Below, in pieces: positions 45,441 to 55,480 of a stretch of 64,000 nt of DNA. The notes below the pieces were generated by a model. It did no database searches. It was given only the letters and a program-made list of their open reading frames with translations, and had not been told where the DNA came from. The DNA is from Sulfurimonas sp. (GTDB lineage Bacteria > Campylobacterota > Campylobacteria > Campylobacterales > Sulfurimonadaceae): positions 8,612-72,611 of the forward strand of contig JAUZRZ010000057.1 in NCBI GenBank assembly GCA_030949945.1, written 5' to 3'. Each line of letters opens with the position of its first letter. Position 1 is the stretch's first letter. A program made the position numbers and the translations under genes.

Positions 45441-45926
45441 TCAGAAAGTACTTTTTACTTCAATAAGTTTAATTGTATTGTATGCATACTCTGGTTTAAG
45501 CAGTATAGCACAGGCTCGCAGTGCCTCAATACATAAGAAAAGGTGTTCAAGGTCATCTTTTTTCATTAAATCATCTAATAATACTATAGCATCTTCTATT
45601 CGTAAGTTTCTTGCAACACCAAGGTTTTTATGAGCAAGTTCACGCAGTTCAGTATAAACAAGCTCTTTATTAGCATCTTTTTGTGACTGCAGGAGATATA
45701 ACATCTCTTCAAATTGTGTCACTGCTTTAATAATTTGAGCAACATAATCTTCTAAAAGTTGTTCTATAAGTTCTTCATCTAAGCCAAGTTCACTTACTGC
45801 CTGAGCATTACTATACTGATACTTATCTTCAAAGAATGAACTACAAACTTTTTGAGCTTTTTCAACAAGCAGTCTAATCTTACTGTTTTTAGATTGCCTT
45901 CGCTCTATAATTCTTTTTTTATTCAT
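45441..45926 (-). CDS. Hpt-like (histidine phosphotransfer) domain protein
   Basis: ELGLDEELIEQLLEDY..ELAHKNLGVARNLRI. Confidence 0.7.
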   Translation of the reverse strand: MNKKRIIERRQSKNSKIRLLVEKAQKVCSSFFEDKYQYSNAQAVSELGLDEELIEQLLEDYVAQIIKAVTQFEEMLYLLQSQKDANKELVYTELRELAHKNLGVARNLRIEDAIVLLDDLMKKDDLEHLFLCIEALRACAILLKPEYAYNTIKLIEVKSTF

Positions 45927-45982
45927 GAAGATAAATTAACATTTTAAATCTAAAAGAAAGCAAAAAGTAAAGATTTTAGTGT

Positions 45983-46009
45983 AAAAAAGTGCTTTAGTAG
46001 CACTTTTTT
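45983..46009 (-). terminator. Intrinsic terminator downstream of htpG
   Basis: AAAAAAGTGCT-TTAGT-AGCACTTTTTT hairpin with T-tracts. Confidence 0.75.
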
Positions 46010-46017
46010 AACTAGTT

Positions 46018-47918
46018 TTACACAGCTTTAGTTATTATTCTATTAAGTCTTGAGATAAAGTCAGCTGTATCACTTAACTCTTGTCCATCAAAAAGTTTTG
46101 CTTGATCAAGAAGAACATGTGCTGCATCTTCTATTAAGTTTGTGTCTGATGACTCATTTAATTTTTTAATTAAATCATGTTTAGGGTTTATCATCAAAAT
46201 AGGTGCAGGTTCTGGTGTATCACCACCTTGACCCATCTGTTTCATCATCTGTGCCATCATAAACGCAGGGTCTTCTTTATCTACTTTAATCGCAACAGGA
46301 GAGTCAGTCAGCTCATTTGTAGTCTCAACAGATTTCACAGCCTCACCGAGAGTCTCTTTAAAAGTTTTAGCAAGCCCTTCAAATGTTTTTGCTACCTCTT
46401 CTACAGCTTTTTTGTCCTCTTCACTCTCTTCAAATTTTGCATCAGCTACAGATATAAGTTTGTACTCTTTGTAGTCAGTTACCATTGGGAAGATGATAGT
46501 ATCTACTTCTTCATTAAGTATTAAAACATCTATACCTTTTGCTTTGAAACGCTCTAGTGCAGGAGAAGATTTCAGCATTGCTAATGAAGTTTTACCAGTG
46601 ATATAATAAATCTCTTTTTTCTCATCATCAACATTTTTAACAAAATCTTCTATCATTACAGTAGTCATCAGAGTTGAGTGTATTAAACTTCATTAAGCTC
46701 TAAGATTTTTTCACGGTTATCAAAGTCATTATAAAGACCCTCTTTGAGAGTATTTCCAAATTCTGCATAAAAGTTTATCATACTTTTCACGGATCTTTTT
46801 TCGCCATTTTTCCTAATTCTGAGAGTACTTTTTTCACAGATGATTTTTTAATTTTAGCCATCACTGCGTTTGATTGTAAAATCTCACGAGAAACATTTAG
46901 TGGTAAATCTTTAGAGTCAATGATACCACGAAGGAAACGCAGGTATGTTGGCATTAACTCTTTTTCATCATCTGTAATGAAAACACGGTTGATGTAGAGT
47001 TTAATACCTGTTTGATAATCAACTCTGTTAATATCCATAGGAGCTTTAGATGGAATGTAAAAAAGAGTAGTATATTCAACAGCACCCTCAGCCTTATGAT
47101 GCATCCAAGCTAATGGTTCTTCACTTGAGTGAGCAATACTGACTATAGAAATCTTTGTACTCTTCATCTGTTATATCTTTTTTAGCCATAGTCCAAAGAG
47201 CATTTGCACGGTTAATCTGCTCATTTACTATTTCAGTACGAGAAGGCTCTATCTCTTCTTTACCCTCATCATCCATAACGGCTGGTATAAACTTCTCTTT
47301 ATCCATAAAAATAGGAAAAGGAATATGGTTAGAGTATTTTTTAATAATAGATTCAATGCGATGTACTTCTAAAAATTCATCTTCTTCCTCTTTAAGGTGC
47401 ATAACAATAGTTGTACCATGCCCTTCTCTCTCACCATCTTCTATCTCAAAAGAACCATCACCTGCACTTGTCCATACAAAAGCCTTATCTTCACCCGCTT
47501 TCTTAGTAGTCACTTCTACTTTATCAGCAACCATAAAACAAGCATAAAAACCAACACCAAACTGACCTATAAGGTTAGAATCCTCTTTCTGATCACCTGA
47601 AAGATTTTCTAAAAATGCTTTTGTACCTGACTTAGCAATAGTACCTAAGTTATTCATCAAGTCCTCTTCATTCATCCCAATACCAGAATCTTTAATAGTT
47701 AAAGTTTTTGCATCTTTATCTGCAATAATATCTATACGGGGATTAAATGCTACATCTTTATACTTCTCATCTGTAAGTACTAACATATTTAATTTATCAA
47801 GTGCATCCGAACTATTTGATACTAACTCACGAATAAATATTTCTTTGTTTGAATATAATGAGTGTATCATTAAGTGGAGAATTTGATTTGCTTCTGTTTG
47901 AAACTGATGTTTTGCCAT
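46018..47918 (-). CDS. htpG: Chaperone HtpG (Hsp90), split by indels
   Basis: [31 protein letters not shown] and [11 protein letters not shown] motifs. Confidence 0.96.
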
Positions 47919-47979
47919 AAAATATCCTTTTATTATTGATTTTGAGAATTTTAACAAAAAAAAGTTAACACTTAAAGAA

Positions 47980-48000
47980 CTTTAGTCAAAAAGACTCAAC
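47980..48000. promoter_or_regulatory. HAIR-like (HspR) operator upstream of htpG
   Basis: CTTTAGT-N7-ACTCAAC matches the consensus CTTGAGT-N7-ACTCAAG at 12 of 14 positions. Confidence 0.6.
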
Positions 48001-48047
48001 TTTATTTAGTCGAGTTCTATTTACATACTTTTAGTTATAATTACTTC

Positions 48048-48362
48048 ATGCAAACAGACTTTATTGACCAAATAGAACCAACACCAAAACTCACAACAAA
48101 AAAGTGTAAAATTATTTCTTTTATTCTAAGGATTTTTTTACAATATACATCTTATATAGTGGGAGTTCTTACTTGGTACTATTATGACTATTTTATAGCA
48201 ATAGCACTTTTTCTACTTAGTTTTATTATCATGGGGATTGTTCGCTCTAAACTGATGCATAGTGTTATACCCCCTTCTCAACATGAGTATAACTACAATA
48301 CAAAAGGGATAGCAGATTGGTACACAGCCCGTGAGCTATGTATAGGAATGGAAGAAGTTTAA
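48048..48362 (+). CDS. Hypothetical membrane protein
   Basis: 104 aa with two hydrophobic helices. Confidence 0.65.
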   Translation: MQTDFIDQIEPTPKLTTKKCKIISFILRIFLQYTSYIVGVLTWYYYDYFIAIALFLLSFIIMGIVRSKLMHSVIPPSQHEYNYNTKGIADWYTARELCIGMEEV

Positions 48363-48366
48363 AAAA

Positions 48367-50121
48367 CTATAAAAATTTTAAAAACTCCTCAGGCGATTTA
48401 TAGCCTACTATCTTTTTAGACTTTATCTCTCTTGACTCCTCATCAAAAAAGATAATGGCAGGAGGACCGAAGACTCCATACTTTTTAGAGAGGGCTTTCT
48501 CCTCTGCACTATTAGCTGTCACATCAGCTTGAATTAAAACATAAGAACCCAAAGCACTCTTGACCGCTTCATCTGAAAAAGTATTGTGTTCAAACTCTTT
48601 ACATGCCACACACCAGTCTGCATAAAAATCTAAGATTATTTTTTTACCTCTGTTTTGTGCTAAAAGAGTATCAAGCTCCTTTATGGAGTGAATTTTTATA
48701 AACTTATTGGCTTGAGTAGTAGTTGCACTACTAAGTGTTACATTACGAGAAGTAAACTTCTCTAAGGGACTCATAGGATTTGTAGCACCACTTACAAGAC
48801 CTAAAAAGAGAGACACTCCTAACATAAAAAGAAGAAGTCCCAGACCTTTTATGAGAGCATTCCAGCTTCTTTTGTCTCCAAGAGACTCAAAAGCTCCTAG
48901 ATATACAGAGGAGATGATGAAGAGTCCTGCCCATAAGAACATCACAACTGACTCAGAGACAATGCGAGAGATCATCCAGATAGCGATTGCCAGCATAATG
49001 ACACCAAAAACTTTTGAGACTATACTCATCCAACCACCAGGGCGAGGCATATACTTTCCAGCTCCAATTCCTATGAGTAGCAGAGGTGCTCCCATACCTA
49101 AACTCATCACAAAGAGAGCCATCCCCCCTAAGAGTGCATCGCCAGTCTGACCGATGTAAACTAATGCCCCAGCAAGAGGAGGTGCGACACAGGGACCAAC
49201 GATAAGAGCAGATAAAAATCCCATAATCGCAACACCTGCATAACCACCCTTATCTCCTGCCTTACTTGATGTGTTTGAGAGCCTACTTTGTATAGATGAA
49301 GGAAGACCAATCTCGAAAAATCCAAACATAGAGATAGCAAGTATCACAAATATCGCTGAAAAGATAGAGAGAACCCATGGATTTTGAAGCGATGCTTGAA
49401 TGTTACTTCCAAAAACACCCGCTAAAACACCAGCCATTGTGTAGGCAACACTCATCGCTAAAACATAGACTAATGAGAGCAGGAAACCTTTTTTGGCATT
49501 CATATTTTCACCCTGAGAAACAATGATAGAAGAGAGAATAGGAATCATAGGAAAAACACAGGGAGTAAGTGCTAAAAGAAGTCCAAATCCAAAAAATGTG
49601 AGAAGGATAAGAGAGATGTTTCCACTTTTAAATGTATCTGTAATAGTATCCGTCTCTGTAGCCTTTGTAACTTCTGGAGCATTTTTTTTCGTTTGAGTCT
49701 TTAGAGTTGCTGATGCAAGTTGTGTAGGATCCACTTTGAGGGTAAAGAGCGAACTTAAGGGTTCATAACATAAGCCCTTAGAAGAGCACCCCTGATACTC
49801 TACAAAAACTTTAATCTCTTTAACATTTGGCACTTTTTTACTAATCTCTGCCATCAAGACTATAGAGTTTTCATAAACCTCAACATCACCATGTCTCATC
49901 GACTCAGGATAAACTATCTCACTTAGAACAAAATCATCACCTCTAAGTGAGACTTTTATTTTTTCTTTATAGAGATAAATATCCTCTGCAAGGTCTATTG
50001 TTACAGCTAATCTATTTTGCTCAATTTTTGCACTTGCATGAAATGCCTCATCAGACATTAAAAAATCACTATTTGCAAAAAGCGAGTAAAACAGAGTTGT
50101 AAGTAGTATAAAGTATTTCAT
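48367..50121 (-). CDS. dsbD: Thiol:disulfide interchange protein DsbD
   Basis: Alpha domain QGCSSKGLCY, beta domain TPCVFP/GPCVAPPL and gamma thioredoxin WCVAC. Confidence 0.95.
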   Translation of the reverse strand: MKYFILLTTLFYSLFANSDFLMSDEAFHASAKIEQNRLAVTIDLAEDIYLYKEKIKVSLRGDDFVLSEIVYPESMRHGDVEVYENSIVLMAEISKKVPNVKEIKVFVEYQGCSSKGLCYEPLSSLFTLKVDPTQLASATLKTQTKKNAPEVTKATETDTITDTFKSGNISLILLTFFGFGLLLALTPCVFPMIPILSSIIVSQGENMNAKKGFLLSLVYVLAMSVAYTMAGVLAGVFGSNIQASLQNPWVLSIFSAIFVILAISMFGFFEIGLPSSIQSRLSNTSSKAGDKGGYAGVAIMGFLSALIVGPCVAPPLAGALVYIGQTGDALLGGMALFVMSLGMGAPLLLIGIGAGKYMPRPGGWMSIVSKVFGVIMLAIAIWMISRIVSESVVMFLWAGLFIISSVYLGAFESLGDKRSWNALIKGLGLLLFMLGVSLFLGLVSGATNPMSPLEKFTSRNVTLSSATTTQANKFIKIHSIKELDTLLAQNRGKKIILDFYADWCVACKEFEHNTFSDEAVKSALGSYVLIQADVTANSAEEKALSKKYGVFGPPAIIFFDEESREIKSKKIVGYKSPEEFLKFL

Positions 50122-50213
50122 TTTCTTTCCTTCTAGTAAGTTATTTGAAATTTATTTTGAGAGTACCATCCTCATAAACACATAGTGTGAAAATGAAGAT
50201 GATGACCCGAGCC

Positions 50214-51036
50214 TTAGTTGTTTAATGCACCCTGAGTAATCCAATCTTTTACAGTGATATAGTTTGCACTTGTTGTCGCCCAAACTGTTCCACCACCATG
50301 AGACACTGTCCCACTTGCTTTTTGCAAGTAATGATGAGTCTGTCCGGTGTTGTTGTATTTATTCCACTAAAACTTGTAATATTTGTATAAGTAGCATTTG
50401 CATCTAGAAGCTGTAACAATATATGTTCTACCACTACTTCCAAATGACAACCCATACAACTTCCTTCTAAAAGTGGCTGTATATTAGTCGCAAATGAGAA
50501 CCGTTGTTACAACTGGTGTCACAATGGTGTACCTGATGTCACAACTGGTGTTGCAATATGAATCCTTCCTGGAGCACCATTCGCACCTGCTGCTGTATGG
50601 CAAACATTACAATCAAGATTAGAGGCAGTACTGTGAGAGTTTGTAGCTGAAGAGTTTACAACAACACCACTAGAGTTTACAACCTGTGCTGTAAAATTGT
50701 AGTCATTCGATAGTGCAGTATCTTGGCTACGAGAATTTCCATATCCTCTACCACTAATATAATTTATACTTAAATTAGTATCTAAGAGTGCCCTAATTGT
50801 ATAACCAGTTGCATACTGTGCTGCAGTTGTTGCATTTAACTCAGTATAGATAGTTCCACCAGATAAAAAAGAATAACCTTCTGCCCCAGTAGCTGGTGCT
50901 TTATGACAGCTTAAACAACTAGTTCCTTGATTATGATATACAGTGTTATCACTGCTATCACTATCAGAGTCCCTCCACATCCTGTTAAAATCAATCCAAG
51001 CGATAAGCTCAGTAGTACTAAATTTTTCTTTTTCAT
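50214..51036 (-). CDS. Triheme c-type cytochrome lipoprotein, fragmented by several indels (possibly a pseudogene)
   Basis: Manual reading from ATG 51036: MKKKNLVLLSLSLGLILTGC lipobox; CLSCH, CNVCH and CMGCH; C-terminal SFATNIQPLL..HGGG..WITQGALNN* with stop at 50214. Confidence 0.75.
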
Positions 51037-51061
51037 AGTAACCCCTTTATTTAGATGCAAC

Positions 51062-51098
51062 ATTCTAACAATCAATTATGAAGATTTAGTGAAGATTT
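51062..51098 (-). promoter_or_regulatory. Extended -10 promoter plus 11-bp-period direct repeat for the triheme cytochrome gene
   Basis: Minus strand reads ATCTTCACTAAATCTTCATAATTGATTGTTAGAAT. Confidence 0.65.
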
Positions 51099-51102
51099 TA
51101 AA

Positions 51103-51276
51103 CTGAAATTACGGACTTTTCTTAAAAAAGCCCTTTTTTATAGCTTTTAGGTATGCTAACCAACGGCATACTCCATTATAAGGGGGTTGTAGGGACAAGC
51201 TTTGTCCCTGCGACTATAAGGGGCTTCTGGCACTAAAGTGTAAATGTAGTGTCGCTCCTTATAGTCCGTAACATCA
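51103..51276 (-). mobile_element. MITE-like repeat, reverse orientation, with two inserts
   Basis: CTGAAATTACGGAC...GTCCGTAACATCA; inserts at about 51151-51181 (GTATGC..GCATAC hairpin) and about 51228-51253. Confidence 0.85.
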
Positions 51277-51299
51277 AAAGATTCACTCTATTTAAAATC

Positions 51300-52376
51300 T
51301 TACCACTCTTGCCCATGACACTGATAGCAACTTGTATTGTTTGAGATTTGTGTTCCTCTTAAATCCATTCCATGACACAGTTTACAACTTGTTACTCCAT
51401 TATTCTCAGCCCACTCTCCATGACCATCTTCACTTCTCCATAAACTTGTAAATGGATGCACAATGTTTCCAGTGAAAGTTTTTTGTATAGTCTCTCCAGG
51501 GTGACATGTTAAACAGTTTTGAGAACCTATCATATTTGGTTCACTCTGGTTTACATGTACTCTATGCATAGCATTTGTAAGTGTAGGGTAATTTTTTTGT
51601 CCACTTGACACAACACCATTCATACCATGACAGCTTGTACATGAAACTACACCATTGCTTGCCATCTGCTCAAGACCTGTCCCGTGTTTAGTATCATGAA
51701 TTCGTAAAATATTCGTTTTATAATCCACTTCAGAGTCAATATTATTGGCTGGATTTGTTCCATAGGCTAAAGGGTATTGACTTGTAGAAGCATGACATAC
51801 TATACAGTTTTGATCACCACCGTCGTACATAGTTACCTTATCTCGTGTTACTACTGAACCATTCACATCAACAGCTTGTACCCAGTAGCTTGGATAGATG
51901 TCTTTTTTATCCACATAAGTAACATTAGCACACTCATTTAAATACTGTTTAGATGCACTATCATATGTTAAATCAAGAACAGCATTAGGATTTCTTACAT
52001 TTACTGCTTGTACTTTATAATTACTTAGATAAACATTAGTCGCAGTAAAGTCAACTAATCTCGCTTTAAGAGTGTTTTGATGTGGTCGCAAAGAAAAAAT
52101 CTTATCACCATTACAAGTTGTAACACTAAGAGACTTTGCAAAAACACGGGGTTTATTCCATACATGGAGTCCATTTCTTTCTCCAGACACTACAGTAGTT
52201 GGTGTTGTAAATACTGGGGTTGTAGTAGTACTAGGTGATGTCTGAGTAATAGGGGTTTCATAATAGTCATCATCATCTATATCATCATTTTCTTCATCAT
52301 CAACTGTTGTACCACATCCTACTAAAAGTAATCCCATAAATGCAAAAGCTAATAGTTTTTTATTAATTTTTTTCAT
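51300..52376 (-). CDS. Pentaheme c-type cytochrome lipoprotein
   Basis: Lipobox LVGC, Asp- and Thr/Pro-rich tether, then CIVCH, CTSCH, CLTCH, CKLCH and CYQCH. Confidence 0.92.
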   Translation of the reverse strand: MKKINKKLLAFAFMGLLLVGCGTTVDDEENDDIDDDDYYETPITQTSPSTTTTPVFTTPTTVVSGERNGLHVWNKPRVFAKSLSVTTCNGDKIFSLRPHQNTLKARLVDFTATNVYLSNYKVQAVNVRNPNAVLDLTYDSASKQYLNECANVTYVDKKDIYPSYWVQAVDVNGSVVTRDKVTMYDGGDQNCIVCHASTSQYPLAYGTNPANNIDSEVDYKTNILRIHDTKHGTGLEQMASNGVVSCTSCHGMNGVVSSGQKNYPTLTNAMHRVHVNQSEPNMIGSQNCLTCHPGETIQKTFTGNIVHPFTSLWRSEDGHGEWAENNGVTSCKLCHGMDLRGTQISNNTSCYQCHGQEW

Positions 52377-52390
52377 GCTACTCTCCTTTC

Positions 52391-54126
52391 TTATACTATT
52401 GATGGATTTATTTTATATGAACTTAACTCTTTGCCTTTTGTGTCTATAATATGAACAGCACAAGCAATACATGGGTCAAAACTATGCACTGTTCTCAAAA
52501 TTTCTAAAGGCTCATTAATATCTGAGAGTACAACACCAATAAGACTCTGCTCATAAGCACCAAGTCTCTCTTTGTAATCTCTAGGTGCAGCATTCCATGT
52601 TGATGGAACAACAGCTTGATAATTACTTACTATTCCATTTGTAATTTTAACCCAGTGTCCTAATGATCCACGAGGTGCTTCTTCTGCACCAAACCCTTGT
52701 GCATTTTGGCTTACTGCTGCAAAGTCAAACTTTGTCCAGCTTGACACATCACCAGAAGCGATATTTGCATTAAGTTCATCAACCCATCCTGTAATCTCAT
52801 TTGCAACAAGTTGTGTCTCAATTGCTCTTGCTATCGTTCTTCCTGTTGTAGAGTAAAGATCTTGTATCTTTTCCCTGATTTAGTTAAAAAGTCATCTACT
52901 AGTGGTTTAATAATAGGGTCATTTTTTGCATACCCCACAACCATTCTTGCAAGCGGTCCAACTTCTACTCTAGTATCATTATACAGAGGTGATTTTATCC
53001 ATGAGTACTTTCCTGTAGTATCAAGATAGGCTATATTGTTAATCTTTTCTCGAAACCCTGTATAATTTTTTGTTGTAGTTCCATTGTATGGATGTTCAGG
53101 TGACGTGGCAGTAGTGTACCATGCATGTGTTGCATCTTCTGTTACTAAATTTGGATCAAAATTTGTTACATTCGTTAAATCGCCATTATAAACAAGTCCA
53201 CCAGGAAAAAGCTTTTTAGCGGCATACATATCACCATCTTCAAGTGGAAAACCTCCATAAACTAGAAAGTTTTTAAGCCCTCCTCCAACTTGTGCTATCA
53301 TCTCATCACCATATGCTTCTGCCATCATATACATATCTGTCATATAGGCACCATCTACAAATCGTTTTACATTTTGAGCCAAATCTTTAAAGAGTTGCAT
53401 ACGAACAGGATCTTTTAAGTCAACTATTGCTGTCACCCCTCCAACAACTAAAGATTGAGGATGGGGATCTTTACCACCAACTATAGTCATCATCTGTCCT
53501 AAATCTCTTTGAATACTCATCGCCTCAAAATAGTGTGTCATAGCGATAAGATTTTGTTCAGGAGTCAGTTTATAGCCTTTGTTTCCCCATGGACCTTTAC
53601 TAAATATTCCTAGTCGTCCTCTATCAACAAACTTTTGAAGTTTTGCTTTCATAGTGATAAGTGTCTCTTCACTTTGAATCCATGCACTATTTCCTGCTAC
53701 ACCTGCTAAACGTTGTGCTTCACTAAATGCTGTTGCTGTGTTTGCTGTGAGTGCAGAAGTAACATCAACCCAGTCTAAAGAGTGTAAAAGATAGTAGTGC
53801 ACAATATGATCGTGCATAAAGAGAGCCCCTTGAATCATATTACGCATTAATCGGGCATTTTTTGGCACACTCACACCAAAAGCATTCTCTACTGCTTCTA
53901 TACTTCTTTGATAATGAGTAACAGTACAAACGCCACAAATTCTCATAGCGATTAGACCACAGTCTCTTGGGTCTCTGTCTTTTAAAATCGTTTCAATTCC
54001 ACGAAACATTGTCGATGAGCTGTAAGCTTCAAGTACTTCATTTGTTGCTGTATCAACAACAACTTCTAACCTTAGGTGTCCCTCAATCCTTGTAACTGGA
54101 TCTATTACAATATGTTTTGTTGCCAT
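52391..54126 (-). CDS. hydB: [NiFe]-hydrogenase large subunit, group 1 (frameshift near 52870)
   Basis: TRIEGH, RICGVCTVTH, EAPRGSLGHW and DPCIACAVH with a cleavable tail; adding one A in a homopolymer joins the two ORFs. Confidence 0.95.
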
Positions 54127-55349
54127 TACTCTTCTCCTTTGCTAGTTTTACTTGTAAAATTAAATAGATTTTTAATAGTCATCATTCCTATTCCCACTGT
54201 TGCAATATTTACAACTGGGCTTATATCTGATGCTGGGTTGTAAGATGGGTTATAAACAAAAGGTTTCTCAAATGAACCAAACTTATCAATAAATCCTGGT
54301 TCACTACACCCTATACACCCATGCCCTGCTGCAACTGGCCAACTTGTTTCTCTGTTATATTGTACTGTTGGACAATTGTTAAAAGTAAAAGGTCCTTTAC
54401 ATCCCATTTTATAAAGACAGTGTCCATCTTGAGCATTTGCATCTCCCCACTCTTCAACAAACTCTCCTGCATCAAAATGTACCCTGCGTTCACAAACATC
54501 ATGAATACGTGTACCAAATGCAAACTTTGGACGAAGAAGATGATCAAGTTCTGGAAGTTCGCCTGTCATAGTGTAGAGAAGAATTACACCTAACATATTA
54601 GATGGATTTGCAGGACATGCTGGGATATTAACAATATTTTTTCCTGAAATAACATCCATAACACCCTTTGCACCTGTAGGATTTGGAGCAGCAGAAGGAA
54701 CACCACCAAATGTAGCACAACTTCCAACGGCAACAACAGCAGCACAATCTTGAGCAAGTCTAGTGATATGATCCATATATGTCTCACCACTCGAACCAAT
54801 CGTTCCATATACACCATTATCAAGTGTTGGGATAGAACCCTCTACAAAAAGAAGATACTCACCCTTAAAAGTAGCCATAGCATCTGCAAGTTGTGCTTCA
54901 GCCGCTTCACCTGAGGGAGTCATAAGAAGTTCATGAAACTCTAATGAGATAATATCTAAAATCAACTCATCAATAGTCGGTCCGTCTGTTCGCAAAAAAG
55001 CTTCACTATTTCCTGCACAATCTTGAAAGTTTGCCCAGATAACCGGTGTTCTGTTTATCACTTCTATTGTCTGTGCAACAAGAGGCTCAAAAGACCCTGG
55101 CAACATAAGTGCTGCTGTAGTAGCACTTACCCACTTTAAGAAATCTCTTCTTTGAATACCCTCTTCTTCTAAACGATCATAAAAATCTTCCTCAGCAAAC
55201 CGCTCTTTAGCCTGAAGTTTATTGAGGTTTGTTTGGCATTTATCATAAAGATTTTTGTAATAAACCTCTCCTTTGTTTGTATCAATTTTTATCTCATTTG
55301 TTGCAGTTTTTAGATGACTCGCTGCAGTTTTTTTATCTGTAAAAAACAT
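54126..55349 (-). CDS. hydA: [NiFe]-hydrogenase small subunit with Tat signal
   Basis: QRRDFLK, DCAGNSE, GSCATFGG, PACP, HDVC, CLYKMGCKGP and SWPVAAGHGCIGC. Confidence 0.95.
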   Translation of the reverse strand: MFFTDKKTAASHLKTATNEIKIDTNKGEVYYKNLYDKCQTNLNKLQAKERFAEEDFYDRLEEEGIQRRDFLKWVSATTAALMLPGSFEPLVAQTIEVINRTPVIWANFQDCAGNSEAFLRTDGPTIDELILDIISLEFHELLMTPSGEAAEAQLADAMATFKGEYLLFVEGSIPTLDNGVYGTIGSSGETYMDHITRLAQDCAAVVAVGSCATFGGVPSAAPNPTGAKGVMDVISGKNIVNIPACPANPSNMLGVILLYTMTGELPELDHLLRPKFAFGTRIHDVCERRVHFDAGEFVEEWGDANAQDGHCLYKMGCKGPFTFNNCPTVQYNRETSWPVAAGHGCIGCSEPGFIDKFGSFEKPFVYNPSYNPASDISPVVNIATVGIGMMTIKNLFNFTSKTSKGEE

Positions 55350-55417
55350 TTTACTTCTCCATCATATTTTTAAATAATTAATCACTAAAATAATACACCA
55401 TAACAGACATATAAGAT

Positions 55418-55437
55418 TTACATTTTGGTTACATTTT
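55418..55437. promoter_or_regulatory. Direct repeat TTACATTTT-GG-TTACATTTT, candidate response-regulator site upstream of hydA
   Basis: Perfect 9-mer repeated with an 11-bp period. Confidence 0.45.
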
Positions 55438-55480
55438 AGTGACAACCCATTGGTAGTGTATGTGCTATTTCTTCTATACA

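Noticed and set aside
3022-51276. Repeats interpreted as a CRISPR array or integron attC sites
   Set aside because: They are dispersed single copies in both orientations with no spacers and no cas genes. The tyrosine recombinase is a short XerD type without an evident integron-integrase insertion.
52440-52490. [NiFeSe] hydrogenase
   Set aside because: The L2 motif is DPCIACAVH with Cys codons; there is no in-frame TGA.
52831-52900. Naturally split or programmed-frameshift hydrogenase large subunit
   Set aside because: One missing A in a homopolymer restores a continuous protein, as in many other genes in this window.
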